Position numbers and translations under genes: made by a program. Positions 12,500 to 25,219 of a DNA stretch of 64,000 nucleotides are shown piece by piece. The notes under the pieces are model-generated. The model ran no database searches. It had not been told where the DNA came from and saw only the letters and a program-made list of their open reading frames with translations. Origin of the DNA: Carcharhinus amblyrhynchos (lineage: Eukaryota); NCBI GenBank assembly GCA_965287045.1, contig OZ336877.1, positions 47,864,001 through 47,928,000 on the forward strand, written 5' to 3'. Every line of letters begins with the position of its first letter. The first letter of the stretch is position 1.

Positions 12500-12825
12500 G
12501 CACACTGAAATTTATCCTGTAGTGCTAGACATTCTAATAAATACAAAATAGAATGATTCTGTCAAAGGGACAAGAATATGGGGGTTCCAAAGGAGGCAGG
12601 GTGAGATGTTGAGTTTTTCATTCAATACAATGTGTTATAATCTTGAATATGGTGGTAAAGATGATTCCATAATAAATTTCAGAAGGGAATTGATAAATAC
12701 TTGGATGAGAGAAATATAGCTGAGCTGTGAAGAAAGTGGAACTAATTTGATAACTATTTTACAAGAGCAGACACAGGCATGATGGACCAAATGACCACCT
12801 CCTGCCCTGTAAGGTTCTATGATTT
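12500..12825 (+). mobile_element. Degenerate CR1 3' end
   Basis: Tail GATGGACCAAATGACC..CTGTAAGGTTCTATGA; decayed FK.ELD.YL motif. Confidence 0.6.
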
Positions 12826-12875
12826 TGCAGGTACTGTTGGGAATTTCAATGTATTTCTTGTATCCACTGTTACAG

Positions 12876-13073
12876 AAAATGTCCCACTCCTGGCTGCGAT
12901 GGATCAGGTCACGTAACTGGGAAGTACACCGCACACCACCGAGTCTCAGGTTGCCCACTAGCTGAACAAAAGCAGATCAAAATCAAAATGGAGGCACAGG
13001 ATGAAGTGGGGTCACCAGAAAATAAATCAGTCTTTTCATTTGTTCAGCGCAAAAGGACAAAACAACAGGGCAG
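12876..13073 (+). CDS. L3MBTL4: L3MBTL4-like exon, phase 2-2, CCHHC (C2HC) zinc finger: (R)[65 protein letters not shown](R)
   Basis: Acceptor tatccactgttacag, donor CAG|gtgaga, 198 bp open. [15 protein letters not shown]....GCP is the MYT1/L3MBTL1 CCHHC motif. Phases match both neighbouring exons. Confidence 0.92.
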
Positions 13074-14094
13074 GTGAGAAAATAGGTCACAAGGTGTTGT
13101 TAACAGGAACCAATTTGTGTATTTTATTCATATCATATTTTTTGATCATTGATGAAGTTTGGGACAAAAACAAGTGGCGGTATTGCCTTTGGACTGGCAG
13201 AATGATGTGAGCATTATCAAAGAGAAATGGACCCAGGTAGGGTTTTCAATACAATATCCTTGTATAGATGAATCTTTTATGCTGCTGACACATTTATAAA
13301 TCGCTCCAGAGACCTTCCTAAGCTGTCATTCAGTTTATTTATCTGCATATTCTATCTTTAAACTTTAAAATAATCCTTCAGAGGCTTTGAAAATAATTAA
13401 AATCTTAATGTTAAACTACATTTTAATTCCACTTACATTTAGCCTTCTCAGAATAATTACAGCCACCTGAAATGCGTCAAGAAAATATGATATTGATGTG
13501 ATAGAAGCAGCTGTTCATCAACCTGAACTCATGAAAAAAACATGGTTTTAGAAATTAATTTAGATAGAAGCATAAGCAAGTGTAATTTCTGTAAACTAAA
13601 TCAATTTTGTTAATGATACATGCAGGCATTTTTGATATAAAAACCAGTCCTCATTCATTTAAACTTCAGATAGATTAGGAATTACTTTCTTCACTAAGTG
13701 CTTCTTGGGGCTTCTCCTGAAAAATGCACTTTCTTAGCCATTCTCAGCCACATCTCCCTGTTGGATTTTATATGACAGAGAATGTTTCCTATTCTTATTA
13801 CTGGTTGGCCAAGCTTTCTCCTGCAATTTTTGAAATTCCTTTGAGTTATCATGTTTATTCAGTTTTATTTATAACTTAATCATCAAAATTCACAACTTTT
13901 CTTTAAATTATCCATCCTCCAGCGTGGTCCATAGTGGCATTTCCCAAACAGACTGGTTAACTCAAGCCTTGGTCTCAATCATTGATTCTTTCCACCTTAC
14001 TTCCAAACTTATGAGGCTCAATGCTGTATTTCATTTGTAGGATTCCCTTTAGATGTGCAAAAACTGCTTAAGACGGTGTTAAGGATGTAGTGAG

Positions 14095-14470
14095 CAACAG
14101 TGACAACTTATAAATTCCTTTAATATATTAAAACATATCAAGGCATTTTATAGGATCATTACCAACTTAAAATAAAATGAAACACCAAGTCACAAAAGGC
14201 AATATGAGGGCAGATGACCAAAAAATAAGTCAAATTTTAAGGAGCATCTTAAAAGAGGAAGGATAAGAAGAGAGGTGGATAGAATTAAGGAAGGAATTCC
14301 AGAGGTCAGGACCAAAGCAGCTGAAGGCACGACCATCAGTGGTGAGGCGATTATGATTGGAGATGATCAAGAGGCCAAAATGACAAAGGACAAATATCTC
14401 ATAGGGTTATGGAACTGGAGGAAATTACAAGGATTGAGAGGGACAAGGCCATGGATGGATTTGAAAAAAG
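14095..14470 (-). mobile_element. Degenerate L2 3' region
   Basis: Minus strand encodes a GRAFSC.GP.LWNSLP..FK.LLK-like stretch followed by an L2-type tail. Confidence 0.55.
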
Positions 14471-14499
14471 GGAGATCATTTTTACATACGCTTGACCTT

Positions 14500-15090
14500 T
14501 CATGAAGCGATGCTGACTCTCCCTGATTAACTGCAATTTCTCAGGTGATCAGTCATCTTATCCTTGATTAATGACTCCAACAATTTCCACAGCTTGGACA
14601 TTAGGCTAACTGGTCAGTAATTCCCTGGTTTCACTCGTCCACTTTTCTTAAAGAGTGGAGTGACATGAGCCAATTTCCAGTCCAGGGGTATGACTCCTGA
14701 ATTTAGGGAACTTGGACAGATAATAGTTAGGGTACCGGCATTATGTTCTCCTGCCTCCTTTAACACGTGTGGATGGAAACCATCAGGTCCTGAAGATTTG
14801 TCACTCTTCAGTTCTATTAATTTCCCTATTGTTGACAATCCACTTAGCTAATTATATTTAGACCCTGCCATTGATCCTTGGGACTTCCAGCAAGCAATCC
14901 TCCCTTTTTACTCTGAATACTGAAGCAAAGTACTGGTTCAACAGGTCTACCATTTCTCCATGGTCATTGACAACATTCCCACCCTCAATCTTCAGTGGAC
15001 CAGTAGTGCTTTTAACCAGCTGATTCCCCTTTATACAACTACAAAATCTCCTTATTCTCATTTATGTCCCTTGCAAGTGGCTGATTAGGC
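14500..15090 (-). mobile_element. CR1 ORF2 internal fragment
   Basis: ORFs 14614-14838 (KSSGPDGFHPHVLKE, VTPLFKK, PGNY) and 14858-15061 (LNQYFASVF). Confidence 0.85.
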
Positions 15091-17391
15091 TTCCTGTCAT
15101 ATTTTCAGAAAAGGCCAATGGAGCTACCATTTCATTGTATCGAATTTAGGGACCAAGAGGAAGCCATCTTGAAAAAGAAACATGGTGCAAGGAATCCCAT
15201 GACAGGCACAGCATTAAACCAGACCATCCTCTCCTTAGAATTAATCCTTTTATTATATTGCAGGATAATTGTTGGACCAAGCATCCTGGGTCAATGTTAA
15301 CAGTGGAGCCCTGTTGTGATGGGGGCAGATACATGGTGATGGAAGAGGAGAGTGTTGAAATTGATGGTGTTTTGAATTTTAGCAAAACTACATCATGAGT
15401 AATCACTAATTGCAGATGTTGCCCTGTATCATTATGATACACTGTTCAAAATCACGTTTATTGATTTGGGATATTCTTCAAGCCTCTTAGCTATAGCAGA
15501 GCAAGTTTCAATAAAAAAAAATGCATCCTGATGGACCTAATTTTATTACTGCCAATTGCAGTCTCAATAATGTCTGAACTTTCCTGACAGCAGGTGGTAC
15601 CTTCAGGAAAAGTTTATAAAAAACATTTCATAGGCCTAGAGGTTCGCATGTGATAGTGGCCAGAAATGTGGGAAGTATAATTTTCTCTGCCCATATTCAC
15701 AGCCATATCCTCAATCTCTCCGTAACACACCTTCCCAGATTAGGCCTTCTCTGATCACTTCCACGTATCCCTGTCCACTCACATCCCCCATTTCCTTCCC
15801 AATCCCACTTCCTCCTGTGTCTGTTCTTAGGGGAAAAAAAACCTCTGGTGTCTTACAACAGCACTTCCAAATTCCCACGTATCTAGCTTTGTCCCTGCAT
15901 TCACCATGAAATTTCTACTGCTACTAATCCACTCCATCGCTTTTTCACATTCTCTTCCCCATTATAGCCAGGAATCTGTTTCATTCTGGTCATTCCTCTT
16001 ATATGAGCATCATTTACATTCCTTTACACTAAGGGGTGCAGACTTTGACAACTGATTAAACAATTCATTCAGATCTGGCTGAACAACATAGGGCACTCAC
16101 AGGTCCTGCTCTCATTTGTCTAAATAGCCCACTATTCCAGGACCATTCTGGAAAGAGAGAGAGAAAGATCTCCCCAAATCAAAAGGGCTCAGTGGAATAG
16201 GGAGAAGCAAACCTGTGTAGCAATTCAATATTTTGTAACAAAAGACCATGTACAGCCACTGTGCTGCCAAACCCACTTAATTTTCTTTTGAGAAAAACAC
16301 GTTTGCTTTGAAATTCTTTTGGCATAAAATTCAGTTAGATATCACAGGCTTTTAAAATGTGAAATATAATTCCACTTCAACTTGAACGTAATGAGCATAA
16401 AATAAACTGGAACTGTTGCATCGGCACTTCATCACAGTACATTGGAACAAGATTTAAGTGACCTACTTTCTGTGGTACATGTTCAAATAGCGCTAACTCA
16501 CTGCTGCATTCCAGCAGTGCTTATCATGAATGTAAATCTGAGGTTCTACTGTTTACGATGCATCATTGCAAAGATCAAAGAAATTAACATAGTCTAACAA
16601 TCCAGTACTTAGGCAATTGTTTAACCTGATTATTGCTTTAAACTATGTTTGAGACTTTATGATAAATTTTGTATGTATATATTTTATTTATTCTGTGCCT
16701 CCAATATTTACCAATATTTTAAAAAAAGACAAGGACAGGTTTTAGGAATTATGGAAATATTCCATAATTAGAATTTGCTTTCAACTCCAATTTTAATTCT
16801 GCATTGCAATTTGTCTGATCAGACATTTTATTGAGGACAAGTCAAGTTTTTTGGCCTCCTTGGTGGACCAGTTTGCTGACATTTATTATCTTGACATAAA
16901 CCAAAGAAAGGGATCACCTATGCGATACGCCACAGAAAATTAGGCATATTTGAAAACAAGCTATAACATGAGATTTAGTTTTCAGGGGAGAAATGTGCAT
17001 GTGTACGAGAAGTAGACATTTTGGGAAGGTTTAAGGAAGATCAGTTGCAAACAAGCCAACTTGTAAAAAGTCTGTCTTGCAGCGATAACATGTTGTGGCT
17101 GGGTAGGTGGATGGTTGCATAAAGAGACTCAGGGATGGACTGTCCCCATCCTCATGAGTGACCACCTAAGCCGATTGGCTGGTTTGAGCAGTCCAGTATT
17201 AAGAACCCCACCGATGCTTCCTCACAAGCAAATTCTATTTCCCTTCCTTTACAAGTTAGGATTGCCACTAGTTTCTCCCTTCCTTTCCATCACAGGTACC
17301 TGACAGTGGAGGAAAGGAAGGGCCTGAGTCCCCAAAGCAAAATCCTGCCCCATGACAGTATACTTTAACTTACCAGAATTCACCCTGGGGA

Positions 17392-17472
17392 TAGTAGGTA
17401 GGGATATGATCGGCACAACTTGTGGGCCGAAGGGCCTGTTTGTGCTGTAGTTTTTCTATGTTCTACGTTCTA
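17392..17472 (+). mobile_element. CR1 family B 3' tail only
   Basis: GGCACAACTTGTGGGCCGAAGGGCCTGTTTGTGCTGTAG..TTCTATGTTCTA, as at 63040-63110. Confidence 0.8.
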
Positions 17473-18369
17473 AGATGACAGTGGGTGCAGCAAGGCACAG
17501 CAAGAACCTTGAAGTTCCCTGCAGAGGATGACGGTCTTGTGGCAGTCCTGTCTCTGAAATCGTGACAGGCACTTGCTTTCTGGTATATGCCTCAGCTTAA
17601 GGCAGATAATATTCCACACTGCTAGGTGCTCTCCCCTTTAGATGCCCGACAACTACTTTGAGCACTGCAGCATTTTAGCAGAGCCAGGGTTTGTAGCCAA
17701 GCATTGCAAGACTTCCTGTTGACAGTGAAAACCTAGCTGGGTTCCTGCAAGTTCAGAAACTCAAGCTGATGAAATTAGGTTGAGGTTCTGGTAATATCAG
17801 AGACTTGCACGCAACAACATTGCTGGAAAAGCAATTCTGATTATTTTGTCTTAGCGTCCAAGTTTGCAGGCAGGGTGCAATGTACAACTCTTATAATATT
17901 GTGGACAAATATTCCTCTTTTCATATTATCTCACCAGGAAAAACATCAAGCTCTGTATGTTATCGAAAATTTAAATTGGGCTTATTAGATATATTGTTAA
18001 AAAGGAGTGATTGATTTTTGTAATTTCATACATATACTATCTCCAATATAAATCTAGTTACGTCAAATCTGGGTTGAAAGTTATTTATTCTTGTGAATTC
18101 TCCCTAACTTCTAACCTGCCACTGTGGGCTGCTGGAAGCAGTAGACTGGAAATAATTTAAAGTGGGCCAATTTGGCTAGTTCAGGAGAATGCTATTTTGT
18201 CATCTTCTTTGTGCTGGGTTGGATATCAAACAAAATGAAGCCTAGTTATTTATTGTGCAGCTGAAAGATTTTTTTTTAATAATGGTTCCACGTGGTTCAT
18301 TTCATTTTTCTTGACATGTTGGAAAAATGCTAGAACTTCAAACTTTTTAAAAATTGTTTTGTACCAATA

Positions 18370-19130
18370 ATTCATAGAATTTTATAGCACGGAAACAAAT
18401 TTTTGAGCCATCAGAATTAAGCCAATGTTTATCTCCATGGGTGTCACTTAATTTAATTCTACCTTTCTACCTGTTCCCCATCCCCTTTAATATTCCCCTT
18501 TTTCAAGCAAGTGTTACATTTAATTTAAAAGTTCTGCAGGACTCATTTATGGTTTGTGGCAGAGAACTCCACATTCTAACTGCCCCCTTTGTAAAAACAG
18601 TGGTATATGCTACTCAGTGTGGAAAAATGAGAAGTAATACATTTTGGAAATAAGAGTAGCAAAAAGAAATAGACCTTAAATGAAAACATTTTTACTGGAC
18701 GAGAGGAACAGGTGACCGTATGTGTGGATGCACAAGTCTTTAAAGGGTAAGTCTAAATGTATAAAGTCATAGAAAACAGAATCCTTTGTTTTGCACCGAG
18801 AATAACACAGAACTCAAGAACAAGATGGTGTTGACTGTGCAAAACTGTAAAACATCTCTAAACCTCTTGATTATTTTTGTGATTTTAATTTTATCCTATT
18901 GTTATGAACAGTCGCTACTTATCATAACCCTGAATAACCTTTAAGATCGCTGTCAGGTCTTCCATCATAGCTCTATTGAGAAAAGGTTTAGTTACTCATC
19001 CCTGGTAATATCCTGGTGAAAAGACATTGCACCTTTTCCAGCTGGTTTTATATCCTTCCTATAATAGTGTGCCCAAACTGTACACCATACTCCAACCGTG
19101 GTGTAACACAAATCCCATGCAAGTACAGCA
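18370..19130. mobile_element. Cluster of old CR1 fragments on both strands
   Basis: Decayed LEYGVQFGH motif on the minus strand at about 19070-19100, plus CR1 3'-like segments. Confidence 0.5.
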
Positions 19131-19656
19131 TGTTAACAGATGCTTCTGGCAGACATCACCACATAGTTCATCTTCTTGAAGATTAGTAGTGCAACTGACT
19201 TATCCCAACACTTTGTCATTTGAAAAGAAAAATATAAAAATGTATATAATTCTTCATCCTTTATTTCTAAAGCAAAATCTCAAACTGCTTCATGTGGAAT
19301 AAATTGCAGACCTGTTTTGTAAATAAGTGGAACAGCCATTTTGCACAAAGGAAGACAGATCAGAGGAACATGTCCACAGTTTATCTGCAATCATGCTGTC
19401 ATTTACCAAGGCTCTGTTCCCAGAACATTAATGAATTTTTCCTCGTGTGCATCTGACATTGCACAATTGCTTTAGGACTGCACTGAACTGTGATCCTAGG
19501 TACCTGGAACTTGCAAGCTTTTGAACTGGGAGTTAGGCTATCACCTGAAGCCCAGTGGGTCGAACTTATGGTCATCGTATTGTTCAATCAGATTATTGAT
19601 GCTACTGTGATTCAGCTTCATTATGCAGACTAAAATTTTATTCTGTTTTCTGTTAG

Positions 19657-19730
19657 GCTAGCTCGGCCAGCAAAATACTTGAAAATTAAAGAGGAAGCAA
19701 ATGATATTGACCTGCACAGTCTACTCAAAG
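19657..19730 (+). CDS. L3MBTL4: L3MBTL4-like exon, phase 2-1: (R)LARPAKYLKIKEEANDIDLHSLLK
   Basis: Acceptor ttctgttttctgttag with upstream branch-like gactaa, donor AAG|gtaata. Only one frame is open and it fits the upstream phase. Matches recalled human RLVQQAKCLKIKGKEDIDLDNLFR. Confidence 0.9.
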
Positions 19731-19790
19731 GTAATAACTTTTCTACAATTAATTTGCTTGTATATGTGTGTTATATATATCTATAAGTGT

Positions 19791-20188
19791 CGACGGTGGC
19801 TCAATAGGTAGTCCACTCTCTCCTCAGTCAGAAGGCTGTGGGTTCAAGTTCTACTTCAGGACTTAAGCACAAAGATCAAGGTTGACACTCGGATTCAGTA
19901 TCAAGGGAGTGCTGCTTAGAGGAGCCATCTTTCAGGTTAGATGTTAAGCAGAGTTTGCTTGCTCTGCATGGTGTTGAAAAAAAGCAGCGGCCAACGTCCT
20001 GGCCAATATTTGTCCCTCAGTCAGCATGACAAAAAACAGATAATCTATTCATTATCCCATGGCTATTTATGTAAGCTTGCTGCGTGCAAATTGGCTGGCA
20101 TGTTTCCTACAACAGGAACTACCCATCAAAAGTGCTTCACTGGCTGTAAAACACTTTAGGGGTGAAAGGCACTCTGTCAGTGCAAGTT
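19791..20188 (+). mobile_element. Deu-SINE (SacSINE1-like), near full length
   Basis: tRNA head (GGTGGCTCAATAGG; GGTTCAAGTTC), Deu core CTTGCTGCGTGCAAATTGGCTG..TCAAAAGTGCTTCACTGGCTGTAAA, L2-like tail GTGAAAGGCACT..TGCAAGT. Confidence 0.75.
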
Positions 20189-20274
20189 GTCTGAGCACAC
20201 TGGGTTCATGAATTTCCAGCAACTTGAAAAATATGACTGGGAAAATAAAACAGAGCAACAAGGTGACAGAGAGC

Positions 20275-20549
20275 ACGGTTTAAGGGTGAAAGGAGAAAAG
20301 TTTAAAGGGAATATTAGGGGGGGGCTTCACGCAGAGAGTGGTGGGAGCGTGGAATGAGCTGCGGATGAAGTGGTAAATGCGGGGTCAGTTTTAACATTTA
20401 AGAAAAACTTGGACGGGTTCATGGATGAGAGGGGTGTGGAGGAATATGGTTCAAGTGCAGGTCAGTGGGACTAGGCAAAAAATGGTTCAGCACAGACAAG
20501 AAGGGCCAAAAGGCCTGTTTCTGAGCTGTAAATTTTCTATGGTTCTATG
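20275..20549 (+). mobile_element. CR1 3' end (another family)
   Basis: FTQRVVGAWNEL and FKKNLDGFM motifs; (TTCTATGG)n tail. Confidence 0.85.
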
Positions 20550-20623
20550 GATAGTCATACATGGACCTGTCTTACAACTCTCAATTCCTTTCCTAATTGT
20601 ATAGTTGTACAGCTCACTTTTAA

Positions 20624-21022
20624 GGGGTGGAATTTTCCTGCAAAATGGCAAAGTGTCAGGTTCTGACTGAAAACAGGTGCATTTTTCCTCAGAAGCCAGG
20701 ATTTTACTCTAGATCTTCTGACACTTCGTCAAAACAAGCAGAGGGACGTGTTTTGTGCCATCATTGTGGCAGGGTGGGTCCTGATAGGGGCGGGGCACTC
20801 CAGTGTCAAAGTAACATTAAAGGCGCACCCCCCCGCCCCAGCAGATATCGGGACCCACAGCAGAGAAGTGGAACACCCTCAACCTTCAAACACAGAGGGC
20901 CAAGGGCCAACCATGCCCCGAACCACCCCCCCGACCACCACTGCGCGCGCGGAGGACTCCCTACTCTCAATGTCTGGTACCTCCCCACAGCCTTACACCT
21001 CAAGCCTGCAGTAAAAAATCCC
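20624..21022. mobile_element. GC-rich non-autonomous TIR element, possibly PIF/Harbinger-related
   Basis: Starts GGGGTGGAATTTTCC and ends AAAAAATCCC. Its 5' part resembles 35393-35560. Confidence 0.45.
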
Positions 21023-21266
21023 ATGATTCTCTTGAGATTGGGTGATAGCTCAGTGTAGTTGAGGATTTGGAAAAATCGACCATTTTACTGTCAGTTTAAA
21101 TGGTTATAGATCTGTTTTGACACTGGTGTTGCACAGGATTAATAATCAAAAATCAACTGATCTAAAGCAGTTCTCTGTAATGTAAGAGACTTTATAATGG
21201 TTTATTCGAGTCCGAGACCATGTCATGGTACGTGGTTTACTGTAGGATGAGGCAAAATATATTAGA

Positions 21267-21589
21267 TCATAGAACCCTACGGCGCAGAAACAGGCCCTTC
21301 GGCCCATCAAGCCTGCACCGAACACAATCCCACCCAGGCCCTATCCCCATATCTTTATATATCGTACCCACTAATCCCTCTAACTTCCGCTACCCTGGAC
21401 ACTAAGGGGCAATTTCTTAGCGTGGCCAATCAACCTAACCCGCACATCTTTGGACTGTGGGAGGAAACCCACGCAGACACGAGGAGAATGTGCAAACTCC
21501 ACACAGACAGTGACCCAAGCCGAGAATCGAACCCAGGACTCTGGAGCTGTGAAGCAACAGTGCTAACCACTGTGCTATCGAGCTGCCCC
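21267..21589 (-). mobile_element. HE1-type V-SINE
   Basis: tRNA head (AGCACAGTGGTTAGCACTG; GGTTCGATTC), V domain, CR1-like tail. Confidence 0.9.
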
Positions 21590-21892
21590 AGGCAGCTCCT
21601 CAACAATTTTCTGCTCCATTCTCAGTGAGCAAGAACTCAAACAAGCATCGTTCCAAAGATCAAACATTTCTGTGAACAATATGTTTCTGTAAACTAAAGG
21701 CAGGTTGCTTGAGACATAGGAGTTGGGACAACATTCATTTCTGAGTGAAAAAAAACCTTGATCTCTCTGATGTAGTTTCCTTTTGAACCAGGGTATTTTC
21801 TTTTGACTTTCTCACCATTCTTACTGTATTTGGTGATATTTGTTTACATCAGCTGAGCCTTGCTTGTCAATTGAAGAACACTAAAAAAAATC

Positions 21893-22022
21893 GGACGGAA
21901 TTTTCCGGCCATTCACGCCCCGCCTCTGCTGCAAGTGAGGATAGAGAAATTGGCGCTCAGCCAATTCCACTGTCGCAGAATCAGAAAGTCCTGCCGACGT
22001 GGATGGCCGGAAAATTCCACCC
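21893..22022. mobile_element. MITE with 25-bp TIR and 3-bp TSD ATC
   Basis: Left GGACGGAATTTTCCGGCCATTCACG versus reverse complement of the right end GGGTGGAATTTTCCGGCCATCCACG. ATC at 21890-21892 and 22023-22025. Confidence 0.8.
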
Positions 22023-22979
22023 ATCCTCTGTATTGAGTTAATCATTTTGGTTAGATAAACCGACAGTCCTCATATACACTCACGTTAAGAAGTTTAGAAT
22101 TGAACACAAATGAAGTGCAGCATCACAAAGTAAGGATGCGAAAGTCACTTGCCCCTCTTGGTTTCTTCATCTTCACATCCCGTTGGACCCCCATTGCAGA
22201 ATCTAATTGTTTCTGTAAAGGTTTGCCCCCAGTAATCTTTCCAAGAGTGTCGTGTAAAAAAGTTTTCTGGTGTCAAACCAAATTTGTTTTAAGCCATAAC
22301 CCTTTGTTCTCCATTTACAATTTAACAAAATAATTTTCAGACATTGCCTAGTTCCATTCTGGTCATTATATGCTATATCCCCATAAGATCACTGTTCAGA
22401 GCTGTAAAGCTTTCGGTTAAGAAATGTGTGCCCCACTGTAACTTGCTGGTGAGGGAGCTTGGGAAGTCAGCTGGTTCCTATGCCGAGCTGGCTGGCACAC
22501 AAGACTGGGAGGAGTGGCTATTCTTGGGTGGGGAGGTCTGAAATACACAGGCAACAGGCCTCAGTTTCTTTGTCAACCCAGGAAGAGTGTTTGTCTTTCC
22601 CTGGCCACAGAAAAGTTAAAACCTAAAATTGGTTTTGAGATCTGAAACTGGCATTTAATCTGAATTTGTGTATTTTTTAAATCAGCATCCCCTTCAGAAA
22701 ATCACTCAAATGCTTAAACTAAGCAGTGCAATTCCATTGTAGTTTGAAGTGGTAGAAATTTGGATGTATAATGCTGATTTTCACTGAATATATGAATTTC
22801 CACCCACCCCCACCACCCCCACCCTCAATCTTTCCCAACTTTCTTCAAATTTATGATCCCTGGCAATCTGGCATTGACAATTAGCATTGTGGCTCCACGC
22901 AGCTTGAATTGCGTTTCCTGGCAATAATAACTGGATGTAGTTTTCAAGGTGCATTCTAGCAAGAGTACTGTACATAAAT

Positions 22980-23112
22980 AAAAGCAAAATACTATGGATG
23001 CTGGAATATGAAACAAGAAAGTAAAATGCTAGAAAACCTCGGGAGGCCTGACAGCATCTGTGGATAGTAAAAGTAGAGTTAACAGTTTGACTTCGTGTGA
23101 CTCTTCTTCAGA
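22980..23112. repeat. Penelope-type terminal repeat remnant; related copies at 34310-34460, 37810-37990 and 60110-60240
   Basis: Shared motif AAATGCT.GAAA..CTC..CAGCATCTGTGGA.AG..AGAGTTAAC..CTCTTCTTCAGAG, often arranged as a palindrome. Confidence 0.6.
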
Positions 23113-23205
23113 GGGTAATGTACAGTTTGATTATAACCTTGACTTACTTTGACTATGTAACTCAATTGGCTTTGCTTTTTGCTACACTAATTGGTTGAAG
23201 ATAGT

Positions 23206-23329
23206 GGGTGGGATTTTACGGCCTCACTCGGGTAAGACCAGAAACTCCTTTCCCAGGTCAACCAAGATTTCCATTGTTGGACCCTCACCCGCACTGTTCC
23301 ATCGCGGGTGAGGTGGTAGAGTTCCGGCC
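23206..23329. mobile_element. MITE of the same TIR class
   Basis: GGGTGGGATTTTACGGCCTCAC ... GTGAGGTGGTAGAGTTCCGGCC imperfect TIR. Confidence 0.6.
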
Positions 23330-23334
23330 ATTGA

Positions 23335-24200
23335 TTGTGCTAAAGATTTCTTCACTGTCACCCTGAGCTAATTCAATACCTTCTGCACATTATGGACATT
23401 GCTGGTCTTTCCATCACCATGGAGCACTTTACATTTTTTTGCATTAAATTTGATCAGCCATTTTTCTGCCGATTTGTGTCTTTGCCAGTTTATTCTGTAA
23501 TCTCTGAATCTTCTGTCCCTCCTTGTTATTGTCAGCTGAAGATTTGGCCAACTTATATTGGGTTTCTGTTGCCATTAGAAATGATAGCACTTTCACAAGG
23601 ATTACTGGGGTACCTTACTCAGTATTACTTCTCATTTAATTTTTGAAATAGCACCTGTTGGTGTCTGTTTCTTCAACTAATTTCCTATCAATATCAAAGA
23701 TTTTTTAAAGCTTTTAATAGGATTTGAGCATCACTGACATGGCCAATGTTTTTTTTCTCATCCCTAAATTGTATTTGAGATTTACCTTGAATTTTCTCAA
23801 ATTTGAGCATATGTAATGGCCTTTCTTGTGGAATTTTGTTGCGTGCCTCTTGGAAATCTGATTACAACATTGTGTAAAGCTTGCTGCTTTCTATATAGGC
23901 TGTCACTCTCAAAAAAGTCAAGAAGCTGGGTCAGATAGGTTCTCCCTTTTCTGTCAACTGCTTTTTGCAACACTATTCTGCCTGATACATTATTCCATTA
24001 CTTTACAAAGGCTAATGAGTGTCTAATTGCTTTTTCTGGTTTTTGAAACCAGAATGCACTGTACCAGTTTCCCTTCGAAGCCACCGATACTTGCCCAGTA
24101 TCTGATGATACCCTCTTAATGATTGTCAGTGCCTCACAAATATTGTTTCTTCAGCATTTTGGGATGGTACCATCCATTCATGGGAATTTATTAGTTTAAA
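23335..24200 (-). mobile_element. Ancient CR1 RT remnant
   Basis: Faint minus-strand similarity to the DF..AF..V, GVP.GS and FADD regions. Confidence 0.4.
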
Positions 24201-25219
24201 TTGTGAACTTCATTACATAGGTGGTAATTGGGTAGAGCAGATCTTCTTCCTACCTGTTATAAAATCTGACGTCTTTTTTAAATTATTTCAATTTGTTGAG
24301 TTCTGTAACTGACAGAAAACCAATGCTACCAGGTTACCGCCCGTGCAATGTGAATTAAATTTGCCCACTTTTTTTTTCAGACATCCACCACAGTGATTTC
24401 AGTCATTCATTTCCCTGAGTCAGCCATCATTGAAATGTGCAGAGTAAATAGATATTTCTGGAAAGTTTCAAAAGTACAACTTTTCAGAAGTGTTTTCATT
24501 CAAAGTGTTCTGTTGAAATAGAAGGCTTACATTTTAGTCACTATTGGTGACACTTTAAACCTGCAGCTGCTTGTACTCTATAATGTCCCTTTCAAACTGT
24601 AATTACATGTTAGTTTTACGTGTTTGAATTAAACTGATATTTGAATGGTGACTGATGTTGTTAGTCAGTAAATTACTACTGTTTATCTGAAATAATGTTA
24701 AAAGCACATTGGAGCTCTTATGCACAGCATGATTATACTCTTGGGAATTATTAGACTAATATTCCCAGAAATAAGCTTTTGATCTTAATTCTACCTCAGG
24801 AAGACATACTAAGCAGAGACATTAACCTAGAAATTGCTAAGACAGATATTAGCTGATGAATACTTAGCCTTTTCTTATTAATCGTAACATCCCTACTCAA
24901 GTAGCAGTCAAAGCAATGTCACATAAACAAGTTAAACATTCATCCATTAATATTGCCTTGAGTTATTTCAAAACTTCCACTTCCGCTACAGGGGTAATAA
25001 TGGGGGAAATCACCCTAAGCTGCTCCTGTCTCGAATGGTTGCCAGCCAGTGAGTGGTAATATCAAAGCTCCAGTATCAGGTTTGCCTGCTGAGCCAGGAA
25101 GATGCATGGTGATGCAAGCATTTGGAAAGAAAAATGTGAGGAGAAAATAAATAGCAATAAAAGGAAAAAGGTCAAAGTGAAACACAGAAAGCAGAAACTT
25201 GACTCAAGTGGTTTTCTCA

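Noticed and set aside
16747-16769. 10-bp AT-rich hairpin AATTATGGAA-ATA-TTCCATAATT
   Set aside because: Short and AT-rich; plausible by chance in 64 kb.
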